A stretch of DNA of 64,000 nucleotides from Narcine bancroftii (Eukaryota). The notes below the pieces were generated by a model. It saw nothing but the letters and a program-made list of their open reading frames with translations. It ran no database searches and was not told where the DNA came from. The translations under genes were made by a program, and so were the position numbers. The stretch lies in contig NW_027211801.1 in assembly GCF_036971445.1 (NCBI RefSeq), positions 620,001 through 684,000 on the forward strand, written 5' to 3'. Of the stretch, positions 38,028 to 51,829 are shown one piece after another; within the stretch, counting starts at the first letter, position 1, and each line of letters starts with the position of its first letter.

Positions 38028-41000
38028 CCTGTCAGCACTTATCAATGAGATGCTGTCCCTCCTGGGAGAGGAACAGCCGAGCATCATGTTCGATAAGGCA
38101 TTCCTGGAACAGATACCTGAAGACATCCAACTGCTCCTGGCAGATGCGGATTTCACCGACCACCAGAAAGTTGCAGCACTGGCAGACTTTCTGTGCAAAC
38201 AGAAACAGAAATGCTCGGCTACCGTGAGGCTAGTAAAGAAGCCCCACAATAAGACCAGAGCAGTCCCAAACAAGGAACAGCAGACGAGAGGCAGGAGCAA
38301 GTCCAGCGACAGATGGTGTTTCTTCCACCGGAGATGGGGCACCGAGGCCCACTGATGCCAGTCCCCCTGCAAGTTCCAGGGAAACGACAAGGCCAGCCGT
38401 CACTGATGGCCACGACAGCTGGCCACCAAGAGAGCCTCCTGTACATCTGGGACCTCCTGTCTGGCAGACACTTCCTTCTGGATACAGGAACAGATGCCAT
38501 CTTGATATCCCCGACAGGGTTGCACACTAGGTGCAGGCTATCGGGACCCACGTTGAAGGCTTCCAACAACACCAGTAAATAGACCTTTGGCACTCATAGG
38601 GCCGACCTGCAGTTCGGAGGCAGTCACTTCCCGGTGGATTTCACGCTGGCCGCAATGGTACAACTATTTCTCGGAGCGGATGTCCTGCAAGTCAAGAGCC
38701 TCCTGGTGGACCTTAATGGTAAGCGACTCATCCACATTGAAAACGACCAGACCATCACACTGATGAGCACTAGGTTTCTGGCAATGCATCTGGACTCTGT
38801 CCACAGCTTGGAGGATGTGTTGTCCAAGGTGCTAGCGAGATTCTCAGCAATCATTTCCCCTTAGTTCACAGTGGAGATGCCTCGACATGGCATCACACAT
38901 CACATCCTGACCAAGGGCACATTTCTCCACGCAAGGGCGAGACCACTTCCCCCAGAGAAGCTACAACTGGCTATCGTCGGCTCAACAAAGCCACCACCCT
39001 GGACCACTACCCGGTGCCACACATCCAGGATTTTGCGGCAAACTTGCATGGGGCAACAATATTCTCAAAAGTGGACCTCATGCGAAGATATCACCAGAAT
39101 GTGGAGCATCTTGATGACATCCCTAAGACGCCTAGCATTGCTCCATTTGGGCTGTTCGAGTTCCTGAGAATGCCATTCGGGCTCAAAGATGTGTCACAGA
39201 CATTGCACTGACTGAATGACCCAGTAGGCCGAGACCTGGACGGCACTTTCATCTACCTCAACAATATCCTCGTGGGAAGTAGAACCCAACAGAAGCATCT
39301 TCAGCACCTCTGAAATCTCTGTAGTCATCTGCAGGAGTTCGGCCTCACCATCAACCTGATCAAATGCCAGTTTGCCCTGAACACTATTGACTTCCTGAGC
39401 CACAGGATTACAAAGGACGGGGCCACACCACTGCCTGAAAAGGTAGAGGCCATCCGCAGCTTCCCAAAGACCAGTACAACCAAATATCTGCAGGAGTTTG
39501 TGGGGATGATAAACTTTTAACACAGGTTTATCCAAGCAGTTTCTTGAGTGATGTGCCCTCTGTTCATTTTAATGTCCAGCAAGGAGAAGGACGTGACCTG
39601 GGATGGTGAATCCGCACGTGCGTTTGTGGAAACCAAAGAAGCCCTGGCCAAAGCTGCACTCCTGACCCACCCCAGACCAGATGCACCCATGGCCCTCACA
39701 ATTGATGCCTCAGGAACAGCGATTGGTGGAGACATGGAGCAGCAGATAGAAGGAAGTTTGTACCCACTAGCTTTCTTCAGCAAACATCTGCGGCCCCCCG
39801 AACTAAACTATAGTGTTTTCGATAGAGAGTTGTTGGTGCTGTACTTAGCCATCCGCCACTTCCGGTACTTTCTTGAGGGAAGGGCTTTCCCAGCTTTTGT
39901 GGACCACAAACCACTGACTTTCGCCCTGGCTAAAATCTCCAATCCCTGGTCATCCCACCAACAGAGACTCTTGTCTTACATCTCGGAGTACACCACCAAC
40001 TTCCAGCACATCTTGGGCAAAGACAACATGGTCGCGAACGCCTTGTCGAGACACAGCATCCACTCCCTGGTCAATGGTCTGGACTTTGGAGCCCTGGCAG
40101 AGGCACAGCAGCAGGATGACGAGATCCTGCAGTACAGGACCACTGTCACAGGCCTTCGCCTTCAGGACTTTCCAGTTGTCATAGGTACTACCACCTTCCT
40201 GTGCGACCCTTATGTGGCCACCGGGCAGGTTTGACCTTTTGTCCCAACGGCATGGAGGGGATGAGTTTTTGACTCCAACCATGGGCTGGCACTCCCATCC
40301 ATCAGGAATACTGTATAGCTGGTGACCAGTAAATACATGTGGCATAGATTGCAGAAACAAGTCCGGGGGTGGGCCAAGATATGTACGCAGTGCAAAACAG
40401 CCAAAGTGCACCAACACACCAAGGTCCCCCACCAGCCTTTCGAGACTTTCGAGGTTTGACAACATTCTTGTGGACATAGTGGGACCCTTGCCAGTCTCTC
40501 AGCATTTCTGCTACCTGTTCACAGTGGTTGACTGCTTCACCCGGTGGCCAGAGCAATCCCCGTGGCTGACACATCCACCAGGTCCTGTGCCAAAGCACTC
40601 CTCTCGTCCTGGATTGCAAGATTCGGACTGCCACAGCACATCACTTATGATCGAGGTGCACAGTTCACCTTGAGTTTGTGGACCGACAATGACAACCTGT
40701 GGGGCAGTCAGCTACATCATACGACCCATACCATCCACAAGCCAATGTCATAGTGGAGTATTTCCACAGGCATCTCAAGACTGCCCTCATGACCAGACAC
40801 AAGGGCCTGTTACAGAGTTCTGTGTTGTGTATTGACCTATGTGTTGTGTGGTTTTATGTTAAAAAGTGACAGTTTGCCTTTGAGAGTCAAGGTGAAGGTG
40901 GACTGCAGAAAGTGGGAGACGGACTGGGCATGTGCAGAAGATGGTCGAGAAATTTCTGGACTAGGAAGACAAACCACCCTTGAGTGTGGCTGTGAAGTGG

Positions 41001-41494
41001 AAGGAGGCCCAAACAGAGTCATTGTCTGGGAGACAGTTTGGAAAGTTGGGCAATTTAAAAGGGATGAACATTCTGGAAGAAGCCAGAAGGATCTGGACCA
41101 AGCCTCTGTTCCTATCTTGGCAAGCAACACAAGAAGTCCACTTCATATTTTGTGCTCTCTCCCTCTAAAAGATCTTGTGTCTTTAGTTTACCAAACAAAC
41201 TGAATTTTGTTTATGATCTTTACTTCGAATGTCATCGAAATTTTGTGAGTCTTATGTGTTTTGTGTTTATTTTGTGTCTAATTTTTTTTCTGTGGGGTGG
41301 TGGGAAATATAACTTAGACTTTGATTACATACGTTATATTTAGGCTGGGGAATTTATAATTTTACACTGTTATAGAAATTTGTATATTAAAAAGTGGGCA
41401 TTGTTATAAAAGGGGGGATTTTGAATTAAAGTATGAAATTTTGTGAATAAATAATTGTTCATGTTTCTTTCTTTTTTTCTTCTTTTGGTTTGGC

Positions 41495-41872
41495 TTCGCA
41501 GGTGATTCCGGTAGAGGACCCATGATTCGGAGCCGAACAGGAGTGTGGGTATGACAACAGCTCTGTATACGCTAATCTTTGTGAGGTTTTTCAGTTGGTT
41601 GTTTTTCCAGACTCTTTTGTGTAGTCTTCCAAAGGTGCTATTTGCCTTGGTTAGTCTATTGTCTATCTCATTGTCGATCCTTGAATCCGATGAAATGGTG
41701 CAGCCAAGATAGGTAAACTGGTTGACTGTTTTGAGTTTTGTGTGCCCGATGGAGATGTGGGGGGGCTGGTAGTCATGGTGGGGAGCTGGCTGATGGAGGA
41801 CCTTAGTTTTCTTCAGGCTGACTTCCAGGCCAAACATTTTGTCAGTTTCCGCAAAACAGGACGTCAAGCGCT
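41495..41872 (-). mobile_element. RTE LINE internal fragment
   Basis: QRLTSCFAET...ESWVLYR, nearly identical to the other RTE copies. Confidence 0.85.
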
Positions 41873-41884
41873 GTGTGATATGCA

Positions 41885-42750
41885 TTCTTTGTTGTTGTTG
41901 GTTTGATCTTTTAACACATAAAATGAGGTGACCAGGAATCCACACAATATTCCAAGTGTGGTCTGCATAGAATTGTATAGATCTGCAAGATTCTTTCTCG
42001 GTTCTTGAACTCAATAACCCGACTAATGAAGGCCGGCACACAATACACCATCTTATCCACCCTATCAATTTGCACAGCAACTTTGAGAGAATGATGGAGC
42101 TGGATCTGAACATTTCTCGTTCCTGCCACACTGTTAATAATCCTGCCATTAACCACGTTCTCTGCCCTCATGTTCAACCTTCAAAAGTGCGTCACTTCTC
42201 ACTCTCCAGTTTGAACTCCATCTGCCACATCTCTGCAAAACTGGATCACCTATGACAACCTTTTACACTATCCACAACACCTCTATCTTTGTGTCATCTG
42301 CTGACGTACCTACCCTTCAACTCCCACCGTCATTCATAAAAATCACAAAGACCAGAGGTCCCAGGGCAGATCCCTTTGGATTGTCACTAGTCATTGACGT
42401 ACAGGCAGCATATGTTCCATCTACTACTACCCACTGCTTTCTGCAGACAAGCCAGTTCTGAATCCACACAGCCAAGGCTCCATGGATCCCATGCCTCACG
42501 ACGTTCTGAATGAGGCCACCATGGGGACCTTGTCAAACTCCTCACTAAAATCCACATGCAGCACATACACTTCTTTACCTTCATTGATTTCCTTTGAAAC
42601 CTCCTTCAAAAGCTCAGTTTGACTCGTGAGGCATGACCTTCCCCTCACAAAACTATCCATGAGAAGATGATACATCTCTGAATGCTTGTAAGTCCTGTCC
42701 CCAAAGTATCGTCTCAAATTGTTTGGCCACTGCTGATGCGCGACTGGCTG
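41885..42750 (-). mobile_element. CR1 LINE fragment
   Basis: DFSEEFDKVP, PKGSALGPLVFVIFMND and RPHLEYCV..WSP motifs. Confidence 0.75.
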
Positions 42751-44107
42751 GATTATCATTTTAGATTTAGACATACAGCACAGTAATAGGCCCGTCAGTC
42801 CACGAGCCCAGACCACTCAATTACACCAGTGACTTCCAACCCCCAGTAGGTTTTGAAGGATGGGAGGACCCAAAGCACCTGGAGGAAACCCATGCAGATA
42901 CTAGGAGAATGAACAAACTCCCAACAGACAGGGCCAAATTCAAACCCAAGTCGCTGGCACCTTAACAGGGTGGTGGAAACTGTGATGCTAACCGTGCAAC
43001 CTTAATTATTCCCAGGATACTTCCTCCTACTTTCACTGAGCTGCAATTGCTTCCAATTCCAGTTCCCTTGTTTCCCAGAGGGCTCTGACCCCTGCCCAGT
43101 GACTCTGTCCCCAGTGCCTCCCACTGATCAGATGACCACAGCTTTCACAGCTCCCGCCCCAACTTTTCTACCCCAACTCCACCATCCACAAACTCCCCAC
43201 ACCCATCCTGTCCTGCCCACACACACACAGGGCCAAGGTTGATGATGGGGGGTAGCTCCCAGCCATTGGGCAGCCTGCTGCTAGGATCACACAACTCAAC
43301 GAGTGGGAGCAAGAGTCCTGGGGCAAGAGGTGGAGGGCAGGAGTTTACTGCAGCAGCCGGCTGCACGGGGCCACAGCCTCTGGGTGGGGGAGGGGGTCTG
43401 TCTTTTGAAGACCTGCAGTGGCAAGAGAGAGGAATAAGACATGGAGATTGTGGGCAGATTTCCCGACACCAAGGGGCAGGGGTCTCCCCACCTTGTTGAA
43501 GGTTTGGGACACTGCCATCAGGAAGGAGACTGGACCACTGCCCTACACACACCTCCACCTTCTGGGGGTCCTAAGAGCAGCTCAGTTTCCAAGGCTTATC
43601 AATGGGGAAAGGAAGGTTGTGGAATGGGGTTGAGGCTGATTGGAGATGGACACATTGAGGTGAGGGAACCAGTATAGTGGGAGGCATGGGACAGGAGCTT
43701 TGGGGATAGGGTTAGAAGGGGGCAGGGGCTTTGGGGATGGACCCGGCAGATGACGGGATTTGTTGGTGATCCAGGTGTGGGATGGGGTTTGTGGATGATC
43801 CTGGTGTGATATGGGGCTTGTGGGAGGAACTGGTGAGGGAAGGAATTGGGGATGGTCATGGTGGGGGATGGGATTAATGTTGGACTCAAGTGGGGTATGG
43901 GATTGTGGACTGACCCCGGTAGGAGATAGGATTGGAGGTGGACCCAGTGGGGGATGCAACTGGGGACTGACTCATTGGGGGATAGGTTAGATATGGACAT
44001 AGTGGGGGATGGGATTGAGGACTGACCCAATAGACGGAGAACACCCCCAGAACTCCAGGTCACTCATCTTGGCCACCTTGGACTAAGCTTTCTCACTTTT
44101 ACATGAC

Positions 44108-44323
44108 NNNNNNNNNNNNNNNNNNNNNNNNNNNNNNNNNNNNNNNNNNNNNNNNNNNNNNNNNNNNNNNNNNNNNNNNNNNNNNNNNNNNNNNNNNNNN
44201 NNNNNNNNNNNNNNNNNNNNNNNNNNNNNNNNNNNNNNNNNNNNNNNNNNNNNNNNNNNNNNNNNNNNNNNNNNNNNNNNNNNNNNNNNNNNNNNNNNNN
44301 NNNNNNNNNNNNNNNNNNNNNNN
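44108..44323. other. Assembly gap (N run)
   Basis: 216 N. Confidence 1.
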
Positions 44324-45815
44324 CTCCCTATCTGGCACATCACCCTCTCTCTGTGTGTTGGACAGATTTGCCTTGTTGACTCTGGTAACGGGGCTGCCTT
44401 TCAGGTCTCCGGTGATCACTCACTGTTATCTGAGGGGTACTCTATAGCTCCAAAGATGAGCTCTGGTCCTTGATAATACCGGGAACAGATGAATGCTGCA
44501 CTGTAATCAATATACACTTACACGAAGGTATCTTCACCTGCAACTCTGCCTCAAGCATCTTGGTCATTTGAACCCGTCATCCCTCATTGTGCTTCAACCC
44601 TGAATTGGCCTTGTTTGAGCCCAAGGTAAAAGGAGGGATCAGGCTTCCTCGCACCAGGTTGGTTTTTGGGGTCCAGATCAGACCCCATCACATCTACCAA
44701 AACCAGAGCTACTTGCTTTCGGGCTCAGAACACGACAACACAGGGACAGGTCTTTCTTTGCACATGTTTAAACAGGAGAGGACTTTGTATTCTGGAGCGT
44801 CGGAGAATAAGAGGAGGTTTAATGGAGCTGTTCAAAATGATGAGGGGTTTGGAAGCAGGCTTTTTCCACTGAGGTCGGGTGAGGCAAGGGTGAAGGATGA
44901 AATGTTGAGGGGGAACACGAGGGAGAATTTCTTCACGCAGAGTGGTGAGAGCGTGGAAGGAGCTGCCAGCTGAAGTGGTGAATGTGGGCTCGATTTTGAC
45001 ACTTCAAACAACTGGACAGGTACATGGGTGGGAGGGATATGGTCCAGATGCAAGTCAGTGGGACTGGGAAGAATAATAGATCAACAAGGGCTGAATAGTC
45101 CGTTTCAGTGCAGAAGTGTTCTGTGTCTGCACCAAACACACAGCTCAGTTTGTCCAAAAATTCAGCCAGCTCCCTCTACACCCTGCATATTCACTCCATA
45201 GCAGTCACTCTCAACCTTTTGTTGGCCTTATTTTCCCCCCCCAACCCCCCCCACCCCACCAGCATCTCCGTCCCTCCTCACCCCCCTCAGGACTCAGCAC
45301 AAAGTTTATGGGCCATCTTTCTCTGTGAAACAGTCACATTTTGGTTTCTTGCATATTTCTTTCCTACTGACTCCAAAAATAACAAAAAGATATTTATATT
45401 ACCTTGATACAATGTGTTGTGGCCCCCACAGAGAACCCTCTTAAAACCTGCTATTATATCTGCTTCCATCTCTGCTCCCAGGAGCCCATTTCATGCACCC
45501 ACTGTATGGAAAAGTTAAGGCACCACACATCCCCCTTCAACTCTCACTCCCTCACTTTAAACACACGTCCTCTGCGGTGTGACAATTTTACCCTGGGGCA
45601 AAGGTCCTCACTGTCCAAAGCCTCTCACAATGTTACCAACCTGACACAGGTCTCCCCTGAGCCTCTGATGCTCTTGATAAAACAACCCCAAGTGTTTCTG
45701 ACTTCTCCCCGTAGCTCATCTCCTCAAATCCAGCAACATCCTGCTCCTTCCTCCTTCCTTATTTCTGTCCCCATCCTACCTTTGAATTCAGGCACCTGCC
45801 CATTTCTACAGACAC

Positions 45816-45850
45816 CTGACGAAGGGTGCAGGCCCGAAACATTAGTTATC
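45816..45850 (+). ncRNA. Minimal hammerhead-ribozyme-like core in a Penelope-type terminal repeat
   Basis: CTGACGA-A-GGGT-GCAG-GCCC-GAAAC fits a CUGANGA box, stem II hairpin and GAAA box. Stems I and III were not confidently assigned. Confidence 0.5.
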
Positions 45851-48172
45851 TTTACCTTTCTATGGATTCTGTGTGACTTGCCCAGTTTACCCAGTAGGTT
45901 TGTGTATTGCCCTTGGCCCCAGCATCTGCAGATTTCCTAGCAATACAGCATTTCCCACCCAGTTCATTTAGCAAAGAGTCAATTAGCAAATGCCACGGTA
46001 AGATATTTGGGTTATGTAGTTGGCCGTGGCAATCTTGCACCTATTCAAGCTAGGGTGAATGCAATTTCTGAGTTGCTGACTCCCAATGGCAAAAAAGCAG
46101 TGAGAAGGATTAGAGGAATGGCAGTATGTTACTAGAAGAGTTTACCCAGCAAGTTTGTGTATTGCCCTTGGCCCCAGCATCTGCATATTTCTGAGCCAAC
46201 CCCTCCCCTATCCCTTCCCAGAGCTTCTGCATCCATTACAACATCAAGCATTATAGACCAGTACAGGCCTTTTGGCCCATGATCCTGTTGCCACCTTTAT
46301 AAACCTTCTCCACAACAAACTAACCCTTACTCAAACCACACCCATACCCTTCTGTTCCCTTACATCCACATGCCTGTCTAAGAGTCTTTTAAATATTCCT
46401 ATTGTAACAGTCTCCACCACTACCACTGACCATGAATTCCAAGCCCCTTCCCTCTCTGTGTCTAATAACATCTCCCCTCACCTTAACCAGATGCCCTCTG
46501 GGATTTGCTACTGTCACTTTCAGAAAAGGTGCTGGTGCCAATCCTATAAAAGCCCCCAGAATCTTATTTAGAACAAGTTATTAAGTTGAGGAAGGGGCAA
46601 GTTGGAGGAGGGAGGAGAGAACTGGTGGGGGAGGGGAGAGAGCCAGGGGAGGGGTAAGTGGAGAGGGTGGGGAGGAGTGTACAGGGGGAGGGGAGAGAAC
46701 CGGGATGTGGAGGGAAGCAGGTTTATGGGGAGAGGGGTCAGGGACCGCTTTGAGTTAGTGAATGGGTAGACACAGACATACCTACCTGCCGAAGTCACGG
46801 AGCTTTAACACGGCCGTCTCGGGATCCACCAGCATATTCTGGGGCTTGATATCTCGAAGGCAAACCCCCCCAATCATGGATGTAGGCCAGGCTCTGGAAC
46901 AACTGGGTCATGTATACCTGGCAACACAGCAATGCAGCATTTCCCACCCAGCCCAGTGCCTCCACTGGCTGGGCCTAGTCCCAGTGCTGGGGGGAAGGGG
47001 TGGATCAATCTCTGCCACTCTACATCCATCCTCATCACCCCCTCCACCCTTCCCCCACACCTTCCCTTCCCTCCTCATCAATACCCAGTGAGACCCTCAT
47101 TCACCCCTCATCAAAAAGTTCCCAGCGACCTCCTGCATATCCTCCAACCCCACCCTGCCCTCCTCTCTGAGTGCCTGCTGCCCCCAGTGGTCAACACAAC
47201 ATGGCCAGAATCCAAGGGCTCAGTTAGTAGAGCATTGACGGTCCGTAGTGGACCCGTTGCCTCCTTCATCAACCGACTTCTGGTGAGACTGCACAAAGTG
47301 TGCAGCCCCAACCACCCTCCCTCGTGAGGCAAGGGTTTACCAGGAGAGAAAAGTGTTTTGAGTGGAGGAGAAATGTTTTTAGCTGGGTGTTGGGTGGGGC
47401 CGAGCATGTGGAGGCCGAGTTGTTGGGATGATTTAGAGCAGCCGTTGATTCGTAAGGGCACTAAATGAGGTTATGGGGAAAAATCAATTCATGATATGAA
47501 TGGAGGAAACAGACTCAAGGGGCTGAATGGCCTAATTTGTTTCCCTTGTCTTGTGGTCTTGGCTGGTGCTGTTTGGAGTTGAAATGGCGAGAGGTCATAA
47601 GTTTATGGGTGTGGAGCTGTACAGTGGAGTCAGCAGGACAGCCAGCATCCAGGGGTAGGCACTGGGCGGAGGGGCAGGTCGGAGGAAACAGAGAGACTAC
47701 AGCGAAATGGATAGATTCAGGGAATGGGGAAAGAAACAGCAAATGAAATACTGTGAGTGGGGTTGGGGGGGGGCACGTGGGACTTATCTCATCACCGGAG
47801 GAGTAGAAGAAGTAGCGGAAAGTCACAATGTTGGTGTGATCCAACTTCCACACGATCTGCAGTTTGTGGTTCTGCAGTGAGGAAGGAACATCTGCAAGGG
47901 TGGGTAATGGGTCAGCACCCAAGGGGTGACTTGTCCAGGTTGGGGGTGGACATGAGGGAGACTCGTCAGGAGGTCAGAGGTGGGGGACTCATCAGGAAGC
48001 TGAACGTGGGTTAGGGAAATTCAACAGGAAACCGAAGGGAGGGGGATTTGATGGGAGGCAGGGGTGGGGGGCTCGATGGGGGGGGGGGGGAATTAGTGAA
48101 GAATAATTTCAGTTTTCATGGTTGTGTACCCAGCTTCAATTGAACAATGAATTTGGAGACAATCTCCAATAT

Positions 48173-48354
48173 NNNNNNNNNNNNNNNNNNNNNNNNNNNN
48201 NNNNNNNNNNNNNNNNNNNNNNNNNNNNNNNNNNNNNNNNNNNNNNNNNNNNNNNNNNNNNNNNNNNNNNNNNNNNNNNNNNNNNNNNNNNNNNNNNNNN
48301 NNNNNNNNNNNNNNNNNNNNNNNNNNNNNNNNNNNNNNNNNNNNNNNNNNNNNN
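48173..48354. other. Assembly gap (N run)
   Basis: 182 N. Confidence 1.
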
Positions 48355-51053
48355 CCTCACACACTGCTCTGCCTCGATTCCTCCACCCCCTCTCTCCACC
48401 CCCACCCAACACCATCACTTCTTGTTACCCCACTGCCTTCCATCCATCCCCTCCCACCCTATCCCCCCAGCTGAACACTATATCCCCTAGCTCTGATCCA
48501 ATCTCCCTAAGCCTGTGGTGCACCCCCTTCCCTTCATTCCCCCCTCTTCTTTACCTCTGCTCCCACAGACCCCATCGCTGTATCCTCTCCCATGCCACTG
48601 CTCTCCCCTCCCCAGTCCACTCCAGCTGCTTCAGTAAGTGCCGTGCATTCAGGATGGGGAGAGGGGGTTAAATGTGGACTCCATTCTCTCCACACATACT
48701 GGGTGAAGGATGATAGCAGAGGAGTCCCTGTCTCAGTATGAGAGCATGTGATAGTCTCTTTATCTCACCCATGGATGCTGGACGCTTCCAAACACAACCT
48801 CGTTAATCAGAGGCTCCCTGGGATGAGACCTCCTCCTACTTTCACATGCGGCCATAATCCAGTTCCAAGAGAGGCATCTCCTTCTCGTGCTGCTGTGCCA
48901 CGGCACGGCTCAGCTATGGCAACACAGCAGCAGGTGCCCTCTGCTCTGACATCATCACCCCCTGTGACATCATTACCCCCTCTGTGACACCACTAGTGTC
49001 AAGGGCAGGCACATCCATCCATTTAAATCCTCCTCAATTTTCTCAAGGAGAAGGTGGTTGGCAGGTGGGGGGAGTAATTCAGATTGTATAAATTACTCCA
49101 GTTATTATCCATTCTAACTCCTAGATATTTGATCCCATTTTGCAGCCTCTTTAGTCGACTATTTTCTTGACATTGACTATAATCCTCCTTCCTAACTGCA
49201 TGAATTTGCATTTATCCCAATTGATCTTATACCCAGAGATCTCCCCACAGTCCTCCAGACTGGAGCGCAGCTCGGGCAATGAGGTTGTCGTGTCTGTCAG
49301 AAAGATCAGAACATCGTTGTCAAATAAATTGATTTTTTGCTCTTCCTGGCCTGTTCTGAAACCTTTAATGTCTGGATCCTGGCAAATGGCCATGGGTACT
49401 GGCTCCATGGCTAGTACGAACTCGCTCACTCAGCTTGTCTGACGCCCCTTCCCATCCTCATCATATTTTCATGAATGCAGCACCTTTACAGCACCAACGA
49501 TCAGGACTGGGGTCCTGTAAGGTCTGTAAGGTGTTTGTACGTTCTCCCAATATCTGTATGGGTTTTCTCAGAGACTCCAGTTTTATCCCACTGATCAAAA
49601 TGATCCTGGGGCTGTAGATTAATTGGGTGTCATTGAGTGGCACGGTTTCGTGGACCATGCTGTATGCCCTCTCAGTCAATATAGATTATCAATAGATGGG
49701 TCTCAAACATAAATCACTGGGTGACTGTTTTATAATGATGTAAAATGCAAGAGGTTAGCTAAAATGAATGTTGGGCTCGGTGAAGATGAGATTTGATATT
49801 AGATAATGAGGAAATGGCTGAGGCCTTGAATCACTATGTTGTGTCGGTATTCTTAATAGAGGACATGTCGACCATGCCAAGGACATGTTATGGATGTGAT
49901 GGGAACTGAGGACCTGGTTGTATTAGTGATCACTAAAGAGTCGTACTCTAGAAAAAATGAGGGTCTAAAGATAGATAAATCCCCTGGTGCTGATGAACTG
50001 GTTCACAGGGTATTGAAAGAAAGGGAAGAAGTTATAGTTGAGGCCGAGATGAGAATTTGCGAAGATTCTCTGGGCTCTGGGCTGATCCCAGTGGACTGGA
50101 AGATGGCAAATGTCATGCCACTATTCATGAAAGGATGCAGGCAAAAGCCAGGGAACTATAGGCTGGTTAGTTTCACATCTGTAGAGGGAAAATACGAAGC
50201 TATCTTTAAAGAAGAAATAGTGAGGCACCTGGAGCAAAATAGATCTATCAGGCAGATGCACCATGGATTCAGCCTCGATTGCAGAGATATAACTATATAA
50301 CCATTTACAGCACGGAAACAGGCCAGTTTGGCCCAACTAGTCTGTGCTGAACATCATCTCCCACTCAGTTCCACTGACCCGCATTTGACCCATAACCCTC
50401 AACACCTCTCCTGTCCATATACCTATCCAAACTTTCCTTAAATATTAACATCATTTTCGCTTCTACCACCACTGCCGGAAGTTCATTCCATACCCTCCCC
50501 CCACCCTGTGCATGAAGAAATTTCCCCTTATGTTTATCTTAAACTTTTTGCCTTTTCCTCTCAATCCAGGCCCTCTTGTTTGAATCTCCCCCACTCTCTG
50601 TGGGTAACACCTCTCCACATTGACTCTATCGGTCCTCCTTATCACTTTGAATAAACTAATGGAATATATGGAAATGTTTTTGGGAAATAAATTAATAAAA
50701 TAGAGTAGGTTACATACATACACACACATTAAAACAGATCATATATGAAATACTGAAGAATTCATATTCAGTGACTTTTCAGAAATTATGGAGAAATTTA
50801 TGTACATTTCACAAAGAGTGCTAATTGAAATGATGTCATGAAATGAATAGACTGGATTCAGTTTGTCTGTGTTAGATATTTCTGCAAGGCTTTTGACCTC
50901 TCTGCAATGTGCTCACTCAAATTTCATTGAGAGGTTTGTTTACCTAAAACAACAGATGGGAGCAGAAGACTAACTCCTATTGATTGGTGAAGAAGTTGCG
51001 GGGGTTGGTTTGCAAGTGAGAGAGAGAAGGACATGTGGCAGGCACTTGGAATC

Positions 51054-51054
<1 letters not shown>

Positions 51055-51102
<48 letters not shown>

Positions 51103-51103
51103 T

Positions 51104-51134
<31 letters not shown>
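51055..51134 (+). repeat. (GA)n / GAAA purine microsatellite
   Basis: Direct inspection. Confidence 0.95.
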
Positions 51135-51829
51135 CTCTTGGAATAAGTGCAAAATAAAGGAACTCAGTAGTAGCCTGAAAGAAAGAGGCTATCATCTGGA
51201 GAACCCTGATGGGGAAAGTTTCATCACCAGGACATTGAGATGATTAATGGTGGTACCTCAGTTGTGGAAATCCTGGAACAGTACATCTATCTTTGCAAAA
51301 CTACAAGAACTTTCCTGAGCGGTAAACATTTACCTTTTAAGTGCCAAAGCCTGGGGAACTTTATACATGTTAAATTGTGTGCAAAGAATAAGAATTGCCT
51401 GCAACCAGTGAACGTGGACGAATGAGAAGTGAGATTGAACCAAAGAACTTTTCTAAAATTTACACACAGATTACATACACATGCGCTTAGAATTAGAAGG
51501 GGTTTAAGATGGGTAGTTAATTTACAGTTTGATTCTGTTTTCAAGTTTAAAGATAATTAAAAGCAACTTTTGTTTAAGTAACTACTTGTTGTGGTGAATG
51601 TCTACTGCAACTGAGATTTGGGGTCCTTTGGGGGTCATAACATTACAAAAATTAACCTGGAAATATGAATGAGGAGGTTTACAACTTCTGAATTTTCTAA
51701 ATTACTATGATGTGGCACAGTTTAAATTTATTAATAGAATGTTTGATTTGGAAGATTCATTGATATGGGCAAATATTGAGTGATCTCAAATTGGTGAGAA
51801 GAGGATGGATCAGTTTCTTTTTGATGGAA

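Larger units (their letters stand above)
30414..40805 (+). mobile_element. Degenerate Gypsy/Ty3 element interrupted within gag by an L1
   Basis: 5' LTR 30414-30781 and PBS-like TGGTGACCCCGA at 30784. Gag runs about 30820-30975 and resumes at about 38030. Protease FLLDTG, RT (FSKVDL, PFGLFEFLRMPFGLK), RNase H (DASGTAIG, YSVFDRELL), integrase (DIVGPLP, ITYDRGAQFT). No 3' LTR seen. Confidence 0.88.
43226..47871 (-). pseudogene. GSK3A: GSK3A-like unprocessed (intron-containing) pseudogene fragment
   Basis: Exon 47788-47871 NHKLQIVWKLDHTNIVTFRYFFYSSGDE (donor GT>AT). Exon 46786-46917 [41 protein letters not shown] (+1 frameshift, HRD>LRD). Split exon about 44637-44670 (LVRG) plus 44424-44496 FICSRYYQGPELIFGA. 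Exon 43226-43412 VFK..TP/PEAVAPCSRLLQ*TP...ELCDPSSRLPNGWELP. Exon order and boundaries match GSK3. VYM, GVC, LVDP and VFK favour alpha over beta. Confidence 0.88.

Noticed and set aside
43490-43590. Further GSK3 exons (VLGTP...K-like here; RHFN-like near 47570-47600)
   Set aside because: The positions fit but the similarity is too weak to call without alignment.
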